A stretch of DNA of 64,000 nucleotides, taken from NCBI GenBank assembly GCA_964576535.1, contig CAZNWB010000002.1, forward strand, positions 28,470 through 92,469, in the 5' to 3' direction. Position numbers and translations under genes: made by a program. The stretch is from an uncultured bacterium (GTDB lineage Bacteria > Methylomirabilota > Methylomirabilia > Methylomirabilales > 2-02-FULL-66-22). The notes under the pieces were generated by a model that searched no databases, was not told the DNA's origin, and was given only the letters and a program-made list of their open reading frames with translations. Shown piece by piece: positions 18,608 through 28,273 of the stretch; the first letter of the stretch is position 1, and every line of letters begins with the position of its first letter.

Positions 18608-20464
18608 GTGTGCGGCATTGCCGGCGTGCTCCACATTGATCCACAGGCGCGCGTGGCAAAACGCGAGCTCGCGAGGATGCGCGATGCGCTTCGACACCGC
18701 GGTCCGGACGGCCAAGGTGTCGTGGTGGACGGGCCGTGCGGGCTCTGCCACACACGTCTCGCGATCATCGACCTCTCTCCCCGCGCGCATCAGCCGATGG
18801 CGAGCGCAAGTGGCCGGTACTGGCTTACCTATAACGGCGAGATCTACAACTACCGCGAGCTCCGCCAGGAGCTGCGCGCGGCGGGCCGCGATTTCCAGTC
18901 GGATTCGGACACCGAGGTGATCCTCCATCTCATGGAGTGGGGAGGGGTGACGGCGCTCGAGCGACTGGAGGGAATGTTCGCATTCGCGCTTTACGACCGG
19001 GTGCGCCGCCAGCTGCTGCTGGTTCGGGATCGCACCGGCATCAAGCCCCTATTCTGGACGATGGGACCGGAAGGCTTCGCCTTCGCGTCCGAGCCTAAAG
19101 CGCTGCCACCCTCGGCGCGGCGTGGGGCTCCACCCGTCGAGCGGCTAGCAGAATACGTCGCGTTCCGCCATTGGGTCGACGTCGAGTCTCCACTCCCCGG
19201 TGTGAAGACCCTGCCGCCGGGGCACCGGCTCGTGACCGACGGCCGCCACGTGTCCATCGAGCGGTGGTGGACGCCCGCGTCGGGGCAGGCGGGCACTCCG
19301 GAGGCTACCTGGAGTATCTTGTCGGCGGCCGTGCGCCGACAGCTCGTGAGCGACGTCCCAGTCGGGATCTTCCTGTCTGGCGGGGTGGACTCGGCGCTGG
19401 TCGCCGCTGCCGCCCGCGAAGCGGTGCCTGAACTGGAAACCTTCACTGTGGGATTCCAGGAGCCCGACTGGGACGAAACGGCCCGCGCACGCGTCGTGTC
19501 AGACCTTCTGGGCACCGAAGCTCACGAGCTGCAATTGGATGCCGAGCAGTACGCGCTCGACCTCGGCACCGCCGTCTGGCACCTCGACGCGCCCCTGAAC
19601 CACGCCCATTGTGTGCACCTCCTCGCCCTGTCACGGTTTGCGCGGAAACGCATCACGGTAGCCCTGACAGGCGAGGGGAGCGACGAGTTGTTCGGGGGCT
19701 ATCCCCGGTACCGACTGTTTTCCATGGCTCGCTGGCTTCGCGCGTTCCCGGGCCTCGGGCTGCGGCACGCGGCGCGACGGCTCCACCCAAGGCAGCCACG
19801 CTGGGCTCGGTTACTGGAGTCGGGCGCCGTCGATGTGGCGACGGCGGCTGCGCTGAACGCAGCATTCGTGCCGATCGAGGAAGCGGCCCGTCTGGTTGGT
19901 CTGAACGATCCGGAACGCGTGCTCGAGCCGCGCCGACGGCTGTTCCACGAGGCCGAGCGTCGCGGCCTCGACGAAGTCGAGAGTTTGCTCGAGCTCGAGC
20001 GCCAGACCTATCTGGTGTCGCTGCTGCAGCGAATGGATCGGATGAGTATGGCTGCCGGGCTCGAGTGCCGCGTGCCGTTCCTCGATGAGCGGGTCATCGA
20101 GCACGCGATGTCACTCCCGGGCGGACAACGGCTCGACCTGTTCGATACGAAGAAGCCTGTCCGCCGCGCCGCAGCCGGTCGCTTTGGACGCCGCTACGCA
20201 AATGCTCCCAAGTCGGGCTTCGGGGTGCCGATTGGCAGCTGGTTCCGGCAGAATGGGAGCCTGGGCGCGCTGTTGGTGCGGTGTCTCGATGACTCCCGGA
20301 CCCGGAGCCGCGGTTGGTTCGACGTCGCATTGGCACGGCGGAGATTCGAAGAACATCGGTCGGGGCTGCTGGATCACACGGAGACGCTCTGGGGCTTACT
20401 CAATCTCGAGCTCTGGGCGCGGGTGTGTCTCGACGGCGATGGTCCCGGTGAGGGGGCGCTGTAA
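18608..20464 (+). CDS. Asparagine synthase (glutamine-hydrolysing) family amidotransferase
   Basis: GTG-TGC start gives the N-terminal nucleophile 'MCGIAG'. 'YNGEIYN', 'GMFAFALYD...RDRTGIKPLFW' and the PP-loop 'FLSGGVDSALVAA'. The upstream part of ORF 18260 overlaps the previous gene. Confidence 0.85.
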   Translation: MCGIAGVLHIDPQARVAKRELARMRDALRHRGPDGQGVVVDGPCGLCHTRLAIIDLSPRAHQPMASASGRYWLTYNGEIYNYRELRQELRAAGRDFQSDSDTEVILHLMEWGGVTALERLEGMFAFALYDRVRRQLLLVRDRTGIKPLFWTMGPEGFAFASEPKALPPSARRGAPPVERLAEYVAFRHWVDVESPLPGVKTLPPGHRLVTDGRHVSIERWWTPASGQAGTPEATWSILSAAVRRQLVSDVPVGIFLSGGVDSALVAAAAREAVPELETFTVGFQEPDWDETARARVVSDLLGTEAHELQLDAEQYALDLGTAVWHLDAPLNHAHCVHLLALSRFARKRITVALTGEGSDELFGGYPRYRLFSMARWLRAFPGLGLRHAARRLHPRQPRWARLLESGAVDVATAAALNAAFVPIEEAARLVGLNDPERVLEPRRRLFHEAERRGLDEVESLLELERQTYLVSLLQRMDRMSMAAGLECRVPFLDERVIEHAMSLPGGQRLDLFDTKKPVRRAAAGRFGRRYANAPKSGFGVPIGSWFRQNGSLGALLVRCLDDSRTRSRGWFDVALARRRFEEHRSGLLDHTETLWGLLNLELWARVCLDGDGPGEGAL

Positions 20465-20468
20465 CCCC

Positions 20469-21746
20469 ATGGCTGTGCCGGACAGCGTCGCAGCGACGGC
20501 TTCTTTTTCAGCAAGCACAGCGAGGCGGACTGACGGCCGGAGCACTCTCGCCATCCGGATGCTCATCCTCTTCCTCGTGCTCGAATACGTCCGGCCGTCG
20601 CTCGTTACCGAGCTCAAACTTCAGATGGTGATCATCGTGGTGATGCTGGTGCTGTGGTTCCAGGCTCGGAACCGCCCGTGGTCCAGCATCCTCACGGCTC
20701 AGGTCCTCTTCCTCATCGTCTGCGCCCAGGCGATTCCATACGCCTGGAACAACTATGCAGCCTATTTCACGACGCGGACCATGTTCGGCCACGTCGTGAT
20801 CGCGCTCGCGCTCGCCTGGCTTCTGGCCACACGCGCGACCTTCCGGACGGTGGCGTGGGCGTGGCTTCTGATCATGGGCTATGCGGCAGTATACGGAATC
20901 ACCCACGGTGGGACTGGACCAGGCGCCATGCTCGGAGACGAGAATGATCTGGCTCTCGGCTGCGCGACGGCTTTTCCCTTCGCGTTCTATGGGTTCGAGC
21001 GGCTCTCGGGCGGCCGTCGGTGGCTGTGCGGCGCGATTGGCGGACTGATGGTCGTCGCGATCGTGGTGAGCTTCTCGCGGGGTGGCTTCGTCGCCCTGGT
21101 CGCTGTTACTCTCTACTGCTGGCTAGCGTCTCGGCACAAGCTCCGCGGCCTCGTCACGGTGGCCCTCCTTGCCTCGCTGCTAATGATAACGGCTCCGGAA
21201 GAGGGCCGGACGGGTCACTCTTACGTTGAGCGGATGAGGACAATCTTCAAGACGGACGAGGGAACGGCCGAAGGCCGGCAGTTCCTCTGGAAGGCCGCTA
21301 GGAACATGTGGAAGGCCAATCCGATCCTGGGAGTGGGCGGAGGAAATTTCCCTTTCCTCGTCGGGCGCTATCAGCCCACGGATTTCAACAAGCGGGAATA
21401 TCTTGAGCGGGATTGGTCTGGCACCGTCACGCACTCCGCCTACTTCCAGGTGCTGGCTGAGCACGGCTCAGCAGGGATTCTGCTCCTGGGCTACATCGTG
21501 TGGGCCCACTTCCGGACGCTCCGTCGGTTGCGACGACTGGCGGCCTCCCATCCCGAGATCCCGTCCGATATGCGACGTGACGCGGAGATGTATGGGGGGG
21601 CGCTCGGAGGAGCGGTTGCCGGATACTGTGTCGCAGGGGCCTTCCTGTCGGTCGCATACTATCCGTACCTCTGGTACTTCAGCGCGATGGCCGTGGCGCT
21701 CGAGGCCGCGGTCCAGCGGCAACTGACAGCCATCGGTCCGAGATGA
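20469..21746 (+). CDS. O-antigen ligase/polymerase-like (Wzy_C) polytopic membrane protein
   Basis: About 10 hydrophobic segments, 'SFSRGGFVALVAVTLY', and a large loop with 'GVGGGNFPF'. ATG 20469 is preferred over 20085. Confidence 0.7.
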   Translation: MAVPDSVAATASFSASTARRTDGRSTLAIRMLILFLVLEYVRPSLVTELKLQMVIIVVMLVLWFQARNRPWSSILTAQVLFLIVCAQAIPYAWNNYAAYFTTRTMFGHVVIALALAWLLATRATFRTVAWAWLLIMGYAAVYGITHGGTGPGAMLGDENDLALGCATAFPFAFYGFERLSGGRRWLCGAIGGLMVVAIVVSFSRGGFVALVAVTLYCWLASRHKLRGLVTVALLASLLMITAPEEGRTGHSYVERMRTIFKTDEGTAEGRQFLWKAARNMWKANPILGVGGGNFPFLVGRYQPTDFNKREYLERDWSGTVTHSAYFQVLAEHGSAGILLLGYIVWAHFRTLRRLRRLAASHPEIPSDMRRDAEMYGGALGGAVAGYCVAGAFLSVAYYPYLWYFSAMAVALEAAVQRQLTAIGPR

Positions 21747-21756
21747 GGGGAAGGCT

Positions 21757-23208
21757 ATGAGTGGAACTGATTCCGTCATTCTGCTGGAATTCAACGAGCT
21801 GAGCCCGCCTCTCATGGCACGCTTCATGGCGGAAGGCAGACTCCCGAACTTCAGCCGGCTCTATCACGAATCGAGGGTCTACGTCACCGACGCGCAAGAG
21901 TCGGGCCGTTATCTGCAGCCCTGGATTCAATGGGTGACGGTTCACTCCGGGCTCACCGCGGGCGAGCATGGCGTGTGCGAACTGGGGGAGGCGCATAAGC
22001 TGGGACGGCAGTGCCTGACGGAGATCGTATCGGCGGCGGGTCTGCGGGTCTGGAACTGCGGAAGCATGAACGCGCGGTATGACGAGAGAATCAACGGGTG
22101 CGTCCTCCCCGATCCGTGGACCACAGGCGTGCAGCCGCATCCGGACGCGCTGCTCCCCTACTTCCGGTTCATCCAGAAGAGCGTCCAAGAGCACACCAGC
22201 GGGGACCAGGCACTGGCCATCTCCGATTACGTGGCGTTCAGCCGGTTCATGGTGACCCACGGTCTGTCGCTGTCGACCGGGGTGGCGATCGTGAGACAGT
22301 TGCTCCGCGAGCGGCACGGAAAGTACAAGTGGATGCGCGTAGCGGTGATGGACCGGCTCCAGTGGGACGTCTTCCGCTGGTACTACAAGAGAGTCAGACC
22401 GAACTTTGCCACCTTTTTTCTGAACAGCACCGCGCACCTCCAGCACAAGTACTGGCGAAATCTCGAGCCAGAGCGCTTCAGGATCCGGCCCACGGCCGAG
22501 GAGCAAGCAGAGCTAGAAAAGGCAATCCCCTTCGGGTACGAGCAAATGGATCGTCTGGTCGGCAACTTCATGAAGCTGGCCGACGAGGGGACGACGCTGA
22601 TCTTCTGCACCGCGCTGAGTCAGCAGCCCTGCCTGGTCTACGAGGATTCGGGTGGGAAGACGTTCTACCGTACGCGAGGAATTGACAAGCTACTCCAGTT
22701 TGCTGGGGTGACGACGGCATGTCGTTACTTCCCGGTCATGTCCGAAGAGTTTCACCTGCGTTTCGAGAATGAGGCGCACGCGCGGGTGGCCCACCGCCGG
22801 TTGACGTCATTGCGAGTGGAAGATAAGCCGGCCCTGGATCTGCGATGTGAGGGATCGCAGCTGTTCGGCGGCTGTCACGTCTTCACCCAGCTGCCCGGCG
22901 ATGCGGTACTGCGCAGTGAGGAAACTGGTGCCTCCAAGCCGTTCTTCGACTTCTTCTACCAGGCCCAGAGCCTCAAAAGCGGTATGCATCACCCGGACGG
23001 GATGCTATGGATCCGGCTGCCGGATGGGCGCCACGCCGTGACGGAGGAAAAGGGTTCCCTGGTCTCGATTGCGCCGACCGTTCTCCACCTACTCGATGTG
23101 CCAGTCCCGACCTGGATGAATGGAGCGCCACTGGTCACGCGGTCGTCAGCCGGTCCCAAGACTGGCGCAGCCCCGGTGCCGACGGCCACCTCGCTCACAC
23201 GGAGCTAG
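21757..23208 (+). CDS. Alkaline-phosphatase-superfamily (nucleotide pyrophosphatase/phosphodiesterase-like) protein
   Basis: N-terminus 'VILLEFNELSPPLMARFMAEGRLPNFSRLY...PWIQWVTVHSGLTAGEHGV' parallels the '..GLDG...L...G.LPNL..L....P.....W.s..TG..P..HG' layout of this superfamily. Confidence 0.5.
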   Translation: MSGTDSVILLEFNELSPPLMARFMAEGRLPNFSRLYHESRVYVTDAQESGRYLQPWIQWVTVHSGLTAGEHGVCELGEAHKLGRQCLTEIVSAAGLRVWNCGSMNARYDERINGCVLPDPWTTGVQPHPDALLPYFRFIQKSVQEHTSGDQALAISDYVAFSRFMVTHGLSLSTGVAIVRQLLRERHGKYKWMRVAVMDRLQWDVFRWYYKRVRPNFATFFLNSTAHLQHKYWRNLEPERFRIRPTAEEQAELEKAIPFGYEQMDRLVGNFMKLADEGTTLIFCTALSQQPCLVYEDSGGKTFYRTRGIDKLLQFAGVTTACRYFPVMSEEFHLRFENEAHARVAHRRLTSLRVEDKPALDLRCEGSQLFGGCHVFTQLPGDAVLRSEETGASKPFFDFFYQAQSLKSGMHHPDGMLWIRLPDGRHAVTEEKGSLVSIAPTVLHLLDVPVPTWMNGAPLVTRSSAGPKTGAAPVPTATSLTRS

Positions 23209-23263
23209 GTTGTTCCTCTGCGAACATATGCGGACGTCGAGCCCCTGCTCTAGGACCATCGAC

Positions 23264-24535
23264 ATGGCTCAGGGCGAGTCGACTCGCCCCGCGCCGGGGG
23301 AAGACGCGCGCCCCGGTAAACCTCTGCGGATCCTCAAGGTGTTCGACGGGGACTACCCGTGGGATGTGCGAGTCGAGAAGATCGTCAGGACCCTTCTCGG
23401 CCGCGGCCATTCGGTTCGCCTCCTGTGCCGCAACCGAAAGGCGCGCCCACGGTACGAGAAGCTCGCCGACGGCTTGGAGATCTGTCGCCTGCCCACCCGT
23501 ACGGATGCGCTGTCGGCGCCGTTTTGTCTGACCCCGATCTGGATCTCAGCCCTATTTTCGCAGATCGCGCGCTTCCGCCCGCATCGGCTGCTCGTGCGCG
23601 ACCTGCCACTGGCTCCGCTCGCGCTCGCGGCCGGTCGGCTGACCGGCATTCCCATCATCGCGGACCTGGCGGAGCCGTACCCAGCCTCACTCCGGAGCCA
23701 GTGGCAGTTCGAGCGGATGTCCGCCGTCGACCGAGTGGTTCGCAACCCGTACTTGGCCGACCTCGCCGAACGACTCGTGGTGCGGGCGGTGGATCGGGTT
23801 CTGGTCGTCTGCCCGGAGGCCGGTCGGCGGCTCGAAGGGCAGGGGCTTCCCGCTGGCGGGTGGACCGAGGTCGGCAACACGGTCGCGCTCGACTGGTTTT
23901 CTCCCCGCGGTGAGGTCGTGTCGGATCTCTCGGAGCTTGAAGGGCGGTTTCTCCTCCTCTTCTCGGGTCTGATCGCCGGCGACCGCGGCCTGGACGTCGC
24001 CCTGGAAGCCCTCGCCCTCCTCCGTCGCCGTCAGCCGGGCCGCTTCGTGCTCGTCGTCGTCGGAGCGGAGCGCCCCACGGTGGTCCATCGGCACAGCTCG
24101 GTCCGTGCCGAGCTCGAGAAGAGGGCCGGCGAGCTGACGCTCGACGGTGACGTTCGCTTCACGGGTTGGATCGACCACACGCGCCTTCCGGATGTCATCC
24201 GGCACGCCCAAATCGGCCTGCTGCCGTTCCGCGCGTGCGAGCACATCAACGCGACGCTCGCCAACAAGCTCTTCGAGTACATGACGCTAGGGCTCCCCGT
24301 GGTCGCGTCCGATGTTCCTCCGATAGTGCGTGTGCTCGATGAGACGGGGGCTGGGATTACTTTTCGAAGCGGGGATGCTCACGACCTCGCCGACAAGATT
24401 GAGTGGCTCGCGGCGGACCCGGAAGCGCAAGCGCGGTACGCGGCGGCGGGGCGCAAAGCTACGAGCGAGACCTACAACTGGGAAACCGACGGGCGACGGT
24501 TGCTGCACGCCGTCGAGAACCCTGCGGCGACTTGA
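23264..24535 (+). CDS. Glycosyltransferase family 4
   Basis: 'LRILKVFDGDYPWDVRVEKIVRTLLGRGHSV' and C-terminal 'LANKLFEYMTLGLPVVASDVPPIVRVLDETGAGITFRSGD'. ATG 23264 is preferred over 23120. Confidence 0.8.
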   Translation: MAQGESTRPAPGEDARPGKPLRILKVFDGDYPWDVRVEKIVRTLLGRGHSVRLLCRNRKARPRYEKLADGLEICRLPTRTDALSAPFCLTPIWISALFSQIARFRPHRLLVRDLPLAPLALAAGRLTGIPIIADLAEPYPASLRSQWQFERMSAVDRVVRNPYLADLAERLVVRAVDRVLVVCPEAGRRLEGQGLPAGGWTEVGNTVALDWFSPRGEVVSDLSELEGRFLLLFSGLIAGDRGLDVALEALALLRRRQPGRFVLVVVGAERPTVVHRHSSVRAELEKRAGELTLDGDVRFTGWIDHTRLPDVIRHAQIGLLPFRACEHINATLANKLFEYMTLGLPVVASDVPPIVRVLDETGAGITFRSGDAHDLADKIEWLAADPEAQARYAAAGRKATSETYNWETDGRRLLHAVENPAAT

Positions 24536-24538
24536 CCC

Positions 24539-25939
24539 GTGGCCGGTACCGGCTTCTACTCGCGGCTGCCCGTTGCCCTTCAGCATCTCGCAACAGCCAC
24601 GTACGGCTTCCGAATGCGCCGGATTCGGTATGGCAAGGTGTTTGCCGAGACTCGGCGTCGGCTCGCAGTCTCCGAGAGGCTCTCTCGGGAGGACCTGGAC
24701 CAGCTTCAGTCGCATGAGCTGCGGCGAACCGTCATCCAGGCCGTATCGCGCACCCCGTACTATCGCAACTTGTTCCGGGAGCTCGGGCTGGCGCCCGACA
24801 TGATCCGGACTCCACGAGATCTCCTCAGGCTACCCCTGCTCGACAAGGAGACGGTCATCGCTCAGGCGGACGAACTGCGCGCGGTGGGTGTACCCTCGGT
24901 TCGCACGTACTTCACGAGTGGCACGACCGGCACGACGCTCGCCGTCCCGATCGATGACGCCTCGCGGCAGCGCAACTACGCGTTCTTCGCGCGCGCCCTG
25001 TCCTGGGCTGGCGTCGAGAACGGCCGGAGCGCGACTTTTGCCGGCCGGCCAATCGTGCCGGCCAAGTGGAGTCGGCCTACAACGGTGTGGCGTTGGAACC
25101 CGGCCATGCGAAACCGGCTGTTCAGCTCGTATCATTTAAGTCCGGCGAACGCGGTCGCGTACTCACGCGCATTGTGCACGTGTGCGCCCGACTACATCGA
25201 CAGCTACCCGTCTTCGCTCTCGCTGTTGGCGTCGCTGCTCCGCGACGGCGGTCTTCCAGCGCCACGTCCGAAGGCGATCATCACGTCCGCCGAGACGTTA
25301 ACCGAGCCCCAGCGTGAGCTGATCGAGGAGGTGTTTGGGGCACGTTGCTTCGACCAGTATGGGTGCACGGAGCAATCGGTGTTCACGTCGCAGTGTGAGC
25401 GCGGGACCTACCATGTCCACCCAGAGTATGGGATCGTCGAGGTCCTGCGTGACGGAGAGCCGGTGAGGGTAGGCGAGTCCGGAGAGATTGTGTGCACCAG
25501 TTTCACGAACGATGCGTTCCCACTCTTGCGCTACCGGCTGGGCGATATGGCCGTGCTCGGAGAGGGTGACTGTCCCTGCGGTCGCGCATTTCCGGTGCTC
25601 CATCGGATCATCGGCCGCCTCGACGACGTTCTAGTGACGCCTGACGGCCGACGGGTGGGTCGCCTCGACCCGGTGTTCAAGGGCCGCCGGACAATCCGGG
25701 AGGCACAGCTCGTGCAGGACTCGGAGTCTAGCGTGACGGTGCGCATCGTGCCGGGCCCCCAGTACACGGACGACGATGGATTGGCGGTTGTCAAGGAGCT
25801 CGAGGCGCGCCTGGGACCGGCCATGCGAATTGCCGTGGAGCGCGTCGCCGGAATCGAGCGGACCCAGGGCGGCAAGTTTCGCGCCGTGGTCAACCGGCGC
25901 TGCAGCGGTCTTGCCGCGGCCGGGGAGGCGAGTCGATGA
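24539..25939 (+). CDS. Phenylacetate-CoA ligase / CapK / F390-synthetase-like adenylate-forming enzyme
   Basis: 'YFTSGTTGTTLAVP' (AMP motif), 'FDQYGCTEQ' and 'RYRLGDMAVL...CPCGRAFPVLHRIIGRLDDVLVTPDGRRV'. Confidence 0.75.
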   Translation: MAGTGFYSRLPVALQHLATATYGFRMRRIRYGKVFAETRRRLAVSERLSREDLDQLQSHELRRTVIQAVSRTPYYRNLFRELGLAPDMIRTPRDLLRLPLLDKETVIAQADELRAVGVPSVRTYFTSGTTGTTLAVPIDDASRQRNYAFFARALSWAGVENGRSATFAGRPIVPAKWSRPTTVWRWNPAMRNRLFSSYHLSPANAVAYSRALCTCAPDYIDSYPSSLSLLASLLRDGGLPAPRPKAIITSAETLTEPQRELIEEVFGARCFDQYGCTEQSVFTSQCERGTYHVHPEYGIVEVLRDGEPVRVGESGEIVCTSFTNDAFPLLRYRLGDMAVLGEGDCPCGRAFPVLHRIIGRLDDVLVTPDGRRVGRLDPVFKGRRTIREAQLVQDSESSVTVRIVPGPQYTDDDGLAVVKELEARLGPAMRIAVERVAGIERTQGGKFRAVVNRRCSGLAAAGEASR

Positions 25940-27093
25940 AGGAGTCATCGACCGCGACGAAACAGTTCGGTCTGTTCAAGACCATTCTGTGCAGCACCCT
26001 CATCGTGGCGCTGTTCTTTGCGGCCGCCGAGATCGCCCTCCGCACCTGGGTCTACCTCTTTCGTTCCCCCGCAGAACGCTTCGACTTAGCAACTGGGACG
26101 TTCGTCTTGCGGCCGGGCAACCATCCTAGGTTCGGAGCAGAGCCGCTTCACGTCAATTCTCGGGGATTTGTCGGTGCGGACTTCGAAGACCCGCCTCCCC
26201 CCGGGGTGACGCGAATCGTGGCGCTGGGAGACTCTTGTACCTTCGGGCAGGGGACCTTTGACGGGACCTACCCGGCACAACTCCAGATCCGTCTCAACAG
26301 CATGGGTGGACGGCCGGGATATCAAGTGATTAATGCCGGCATCGAGGGGCTCGACTCCGCGCTTGCTTTCCGCCGCCTCCAGAGCAAGGTGATTCCGCTC
26401 GGCCCGGACATCGTGACGATCTACATCGGCTGGAACGACCTGATGAAAGTGAACCCCATAGGCCAGACCGAGCATCCCAAACTGGCTATCCTGGCGCGCA
26501 CCATGGACCGCTTGTGGCTGACGAAAGGACTTCGAAAGCTCCTCTTCTACTATGTCCGACCGCGTCTCCGCGATCCCGCGACCGGGCCGACGAGCCGCAC
26601 AGGTGCCTTCCGCGAATACAGACCGGCGGTGTTCGAGGGCAACTTGCGTGCCATCATCGCATCGAGCCGCATGGCTGGGGCCCGGGTGGTCGTCATGACG
26701 CTTCCGAGCATCGTTAGCGACGACATGGCTCTCGAGGACATCCGCCGTGCGAACGTGGTCTTTCCGTATTTCTCGAGCGCCTATGCCGTGGGCGACTACG
26801 TGGACTTGATCGAGGCGTACAATCGATCGATTCGCAGAGTCGCTTCCAAGGAGGAAGTCGTGCTCGTTGATCTCGCGACGGAGATCAATGGCCGACCAGA
26901 CCGCCGGCAGCTGTTTTTCGATACGATGCACCCGAACCAACGAGGCCGGGAACTGATTGCCCACATCCTGGCCACACGTCTGCGCGAGAGCGGGTTGCTT
27001 GCCCTCAACGGAAGGCCCGCAAGCCGCAGTGGCAAGAAATCATCCGGAGAGGTCGTGCGGACGGACTTCACTCGGACTCCCATCGAGCGGTGA
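25936..27093 (+). CDS. Membrane-anchored SGNH/GDSL hydrolase-type protein
   Basis: ATGA start overlap and an N-terminal helix. 'IVALGDSCTFGQG', 'NAGIEGLDS' and 'FFDTMHPNQRGRELIA'. Confidence 0.7.
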   Translation: MKESSTATKQFGLFKTILCSTLIVALFFAAAEIALRTWVYLFRSPAERFDLATGTFVLRPGNHPRFGAEPLHVNSRGFVGADFEDPPPPGVTRIVALGDSCTFGQGTFDGTYPAQLQIRLNSMGGRPGYQVINAGIEGLDSALAFRRLQSKVIPLGPDIVTIYIGWNDLMKVNPIGQTEHPKLAILARTMDRLWLTKGLRKLLFYYVRPRLRDPATGPTSRTGAFREYRPAVFEGNLRAIIASSRMAGARVVVMTLPSIVSDDMALEDIRRANVVFPYFSSAYAVGDYVDLIEAYNRSIRRVASKEEVVLVDLATEINGRPDRRQLFFDTMHPNQRGRELIAHILATRLRESGLLALNGRPASRSGKKSSGEVVRTDFTRTPIER

Positions 27094-27124
27094 CGTGAAC
27101 TCCGGACCGTCCTCTTGACTCTGC

Positions 27125-28264
27125 ATGGCCCCCCTGAGAATTCTGCACATTGCGTCCGGGGATGCGTGGGGCGGGGCGGAGCGCCTGGTTGCTCTACTCG
27201 TCGAGGGTGCCTCGGGCCACTCCGAGCTTGAGGTGGCCGTGCTTCTCTTGAACGACGGCGAGCTGGTCAACAGGATCCGCGCTGTCGGTGCGAGCGTCCA
27301 CATCATCGAAGAGGAAGGTCGATCGTTTCTGACGTTATGCCGCAACGTCCGGGCGTTCCTGAAGGGCGGCGCTGTCGACGTGATTCATGCCCACCGGTAT
27401 AAGGAAGTGGCACTGGCGCTGTGCGCCGCTCTGACCTTGCGCCGACCGGTCGTGATGACCGTGCACGGGCTCGAACCCTGGCCGCAGATGAGAGGAGGAC
27501 GGGGACTACGAATCTGGACGATTCTCGTCCTCGCGCGGATCTGTGGAGTATGGTTCGTTGCGGTCTCGAACGAGATCGAGCGGCGTTTGCGCCGACGGCT
27601 GGGGAGGTGGCGCATCCGCCGAATAGCAAACGCCATGCCCGCGGTCGGCCGCGTGTGCGACCACTTGAACCTTCGCGCCGAATCCGGCTGGAGCGCCTCC
27701 AGGTCGGTGGTTGGATTCGTCGGGCGACTGGAAGAGGTGAAGGGCCCCGATCTGTTTCTGGATCTCGTCCCGCTGTGTGACGAGGACGTCGGCTTCGCAG
27801 TCATCGGATCCGGGTCGATGGAGGCGGATCTTCGTGCTCGTGTGACGTTGAAAGGCCTTGGCGACCGCGTGGTGTTTCTCGGTCAGGTCCCCGACGCCAC
27901 TCTATACCTGCCCCAGCTCGATGTCCTCGCGCTGACATCGCGACACGAGGGCCTGCCGTTGGTCCTCCTCGAGGCCGCGGCCTGCGAGGTGCCCGTGGTC
28001 GCGTTCGACGTGGGCGGAGTACGCGAGGTACTCGATGGAAGCCCGGCGGCCCGGTGTGTCCCGTTCGGAGATTTGCACGGATTTGCGCGCGAAGTCAGGG
28101 GGCTGCTCCAGAGGGGCTCGGCTTCGGAGGAAGCGGCGAGATGGGCGAATTCGGTCCGCAGCCGATTCGGTTTGGCGAAGGCGATCGCTTCCTATCTGGA
28201 CGTATACCGCCGCGCGACGAGATCGATTGAAGGGTCACCAAGTGGTCGTCCAGCCGCCGTGTGA
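27125..28264 (+). CDS. Glycosyltransferase family 4
   Basis: 'LRILHIASGDAWGGAERLV' and 'LTSRHEGLPLVLLEAAACEVPVVAFDVGGVREVL'. Confidence 0.85.
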   Translation: MAPLRILHIASGDAWGGAERLVALLVEGASGHSELEVAVLLLNDGELVNRIRAVGASVHIIEEEGRSFLTLCRNVRAFLKGGAVDVIHAHRYKEVALALCAALTLRRPVVMTVHGLEPWPQMRGGRGLRIWTILVLARICGVWFVAVSNEIERRLRRRLGRWRIRRIANAMPAVGRVCDHLNLRAESGWSASRSVVGFVGRLEEVKGPDLFLDLVPLCDEDVGFAVIGSGSMEADLRARVTLKGLGDRVVFLGQVPDATLYLPQLDVLALTSRHEGLPLVLLEAAACEVPVVAFDVGGVREVLDGSPAARCVPFGDLHGFAREVRGLLQRGSASEEAARWANSVRSRFGLAKAIASYLDVYRRATRSIEGSPSGRPAAV

Positions 28265-28273
28265 GGATGCATC

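Noticed and set aside
21679-22506. 275-aa minus-strand ORF. Similar antisense ORFs occur at 26086-26964, 29128-30021, 11421-12299, 16786-17571, 47275-47937, 51971-52693 and 58134-58808.
   Set aside because: All are antisense to plus-strand genes with strong family motifs, have biased Arg/Pro/Gly composition, and do not respect the operon's gene boundaries.
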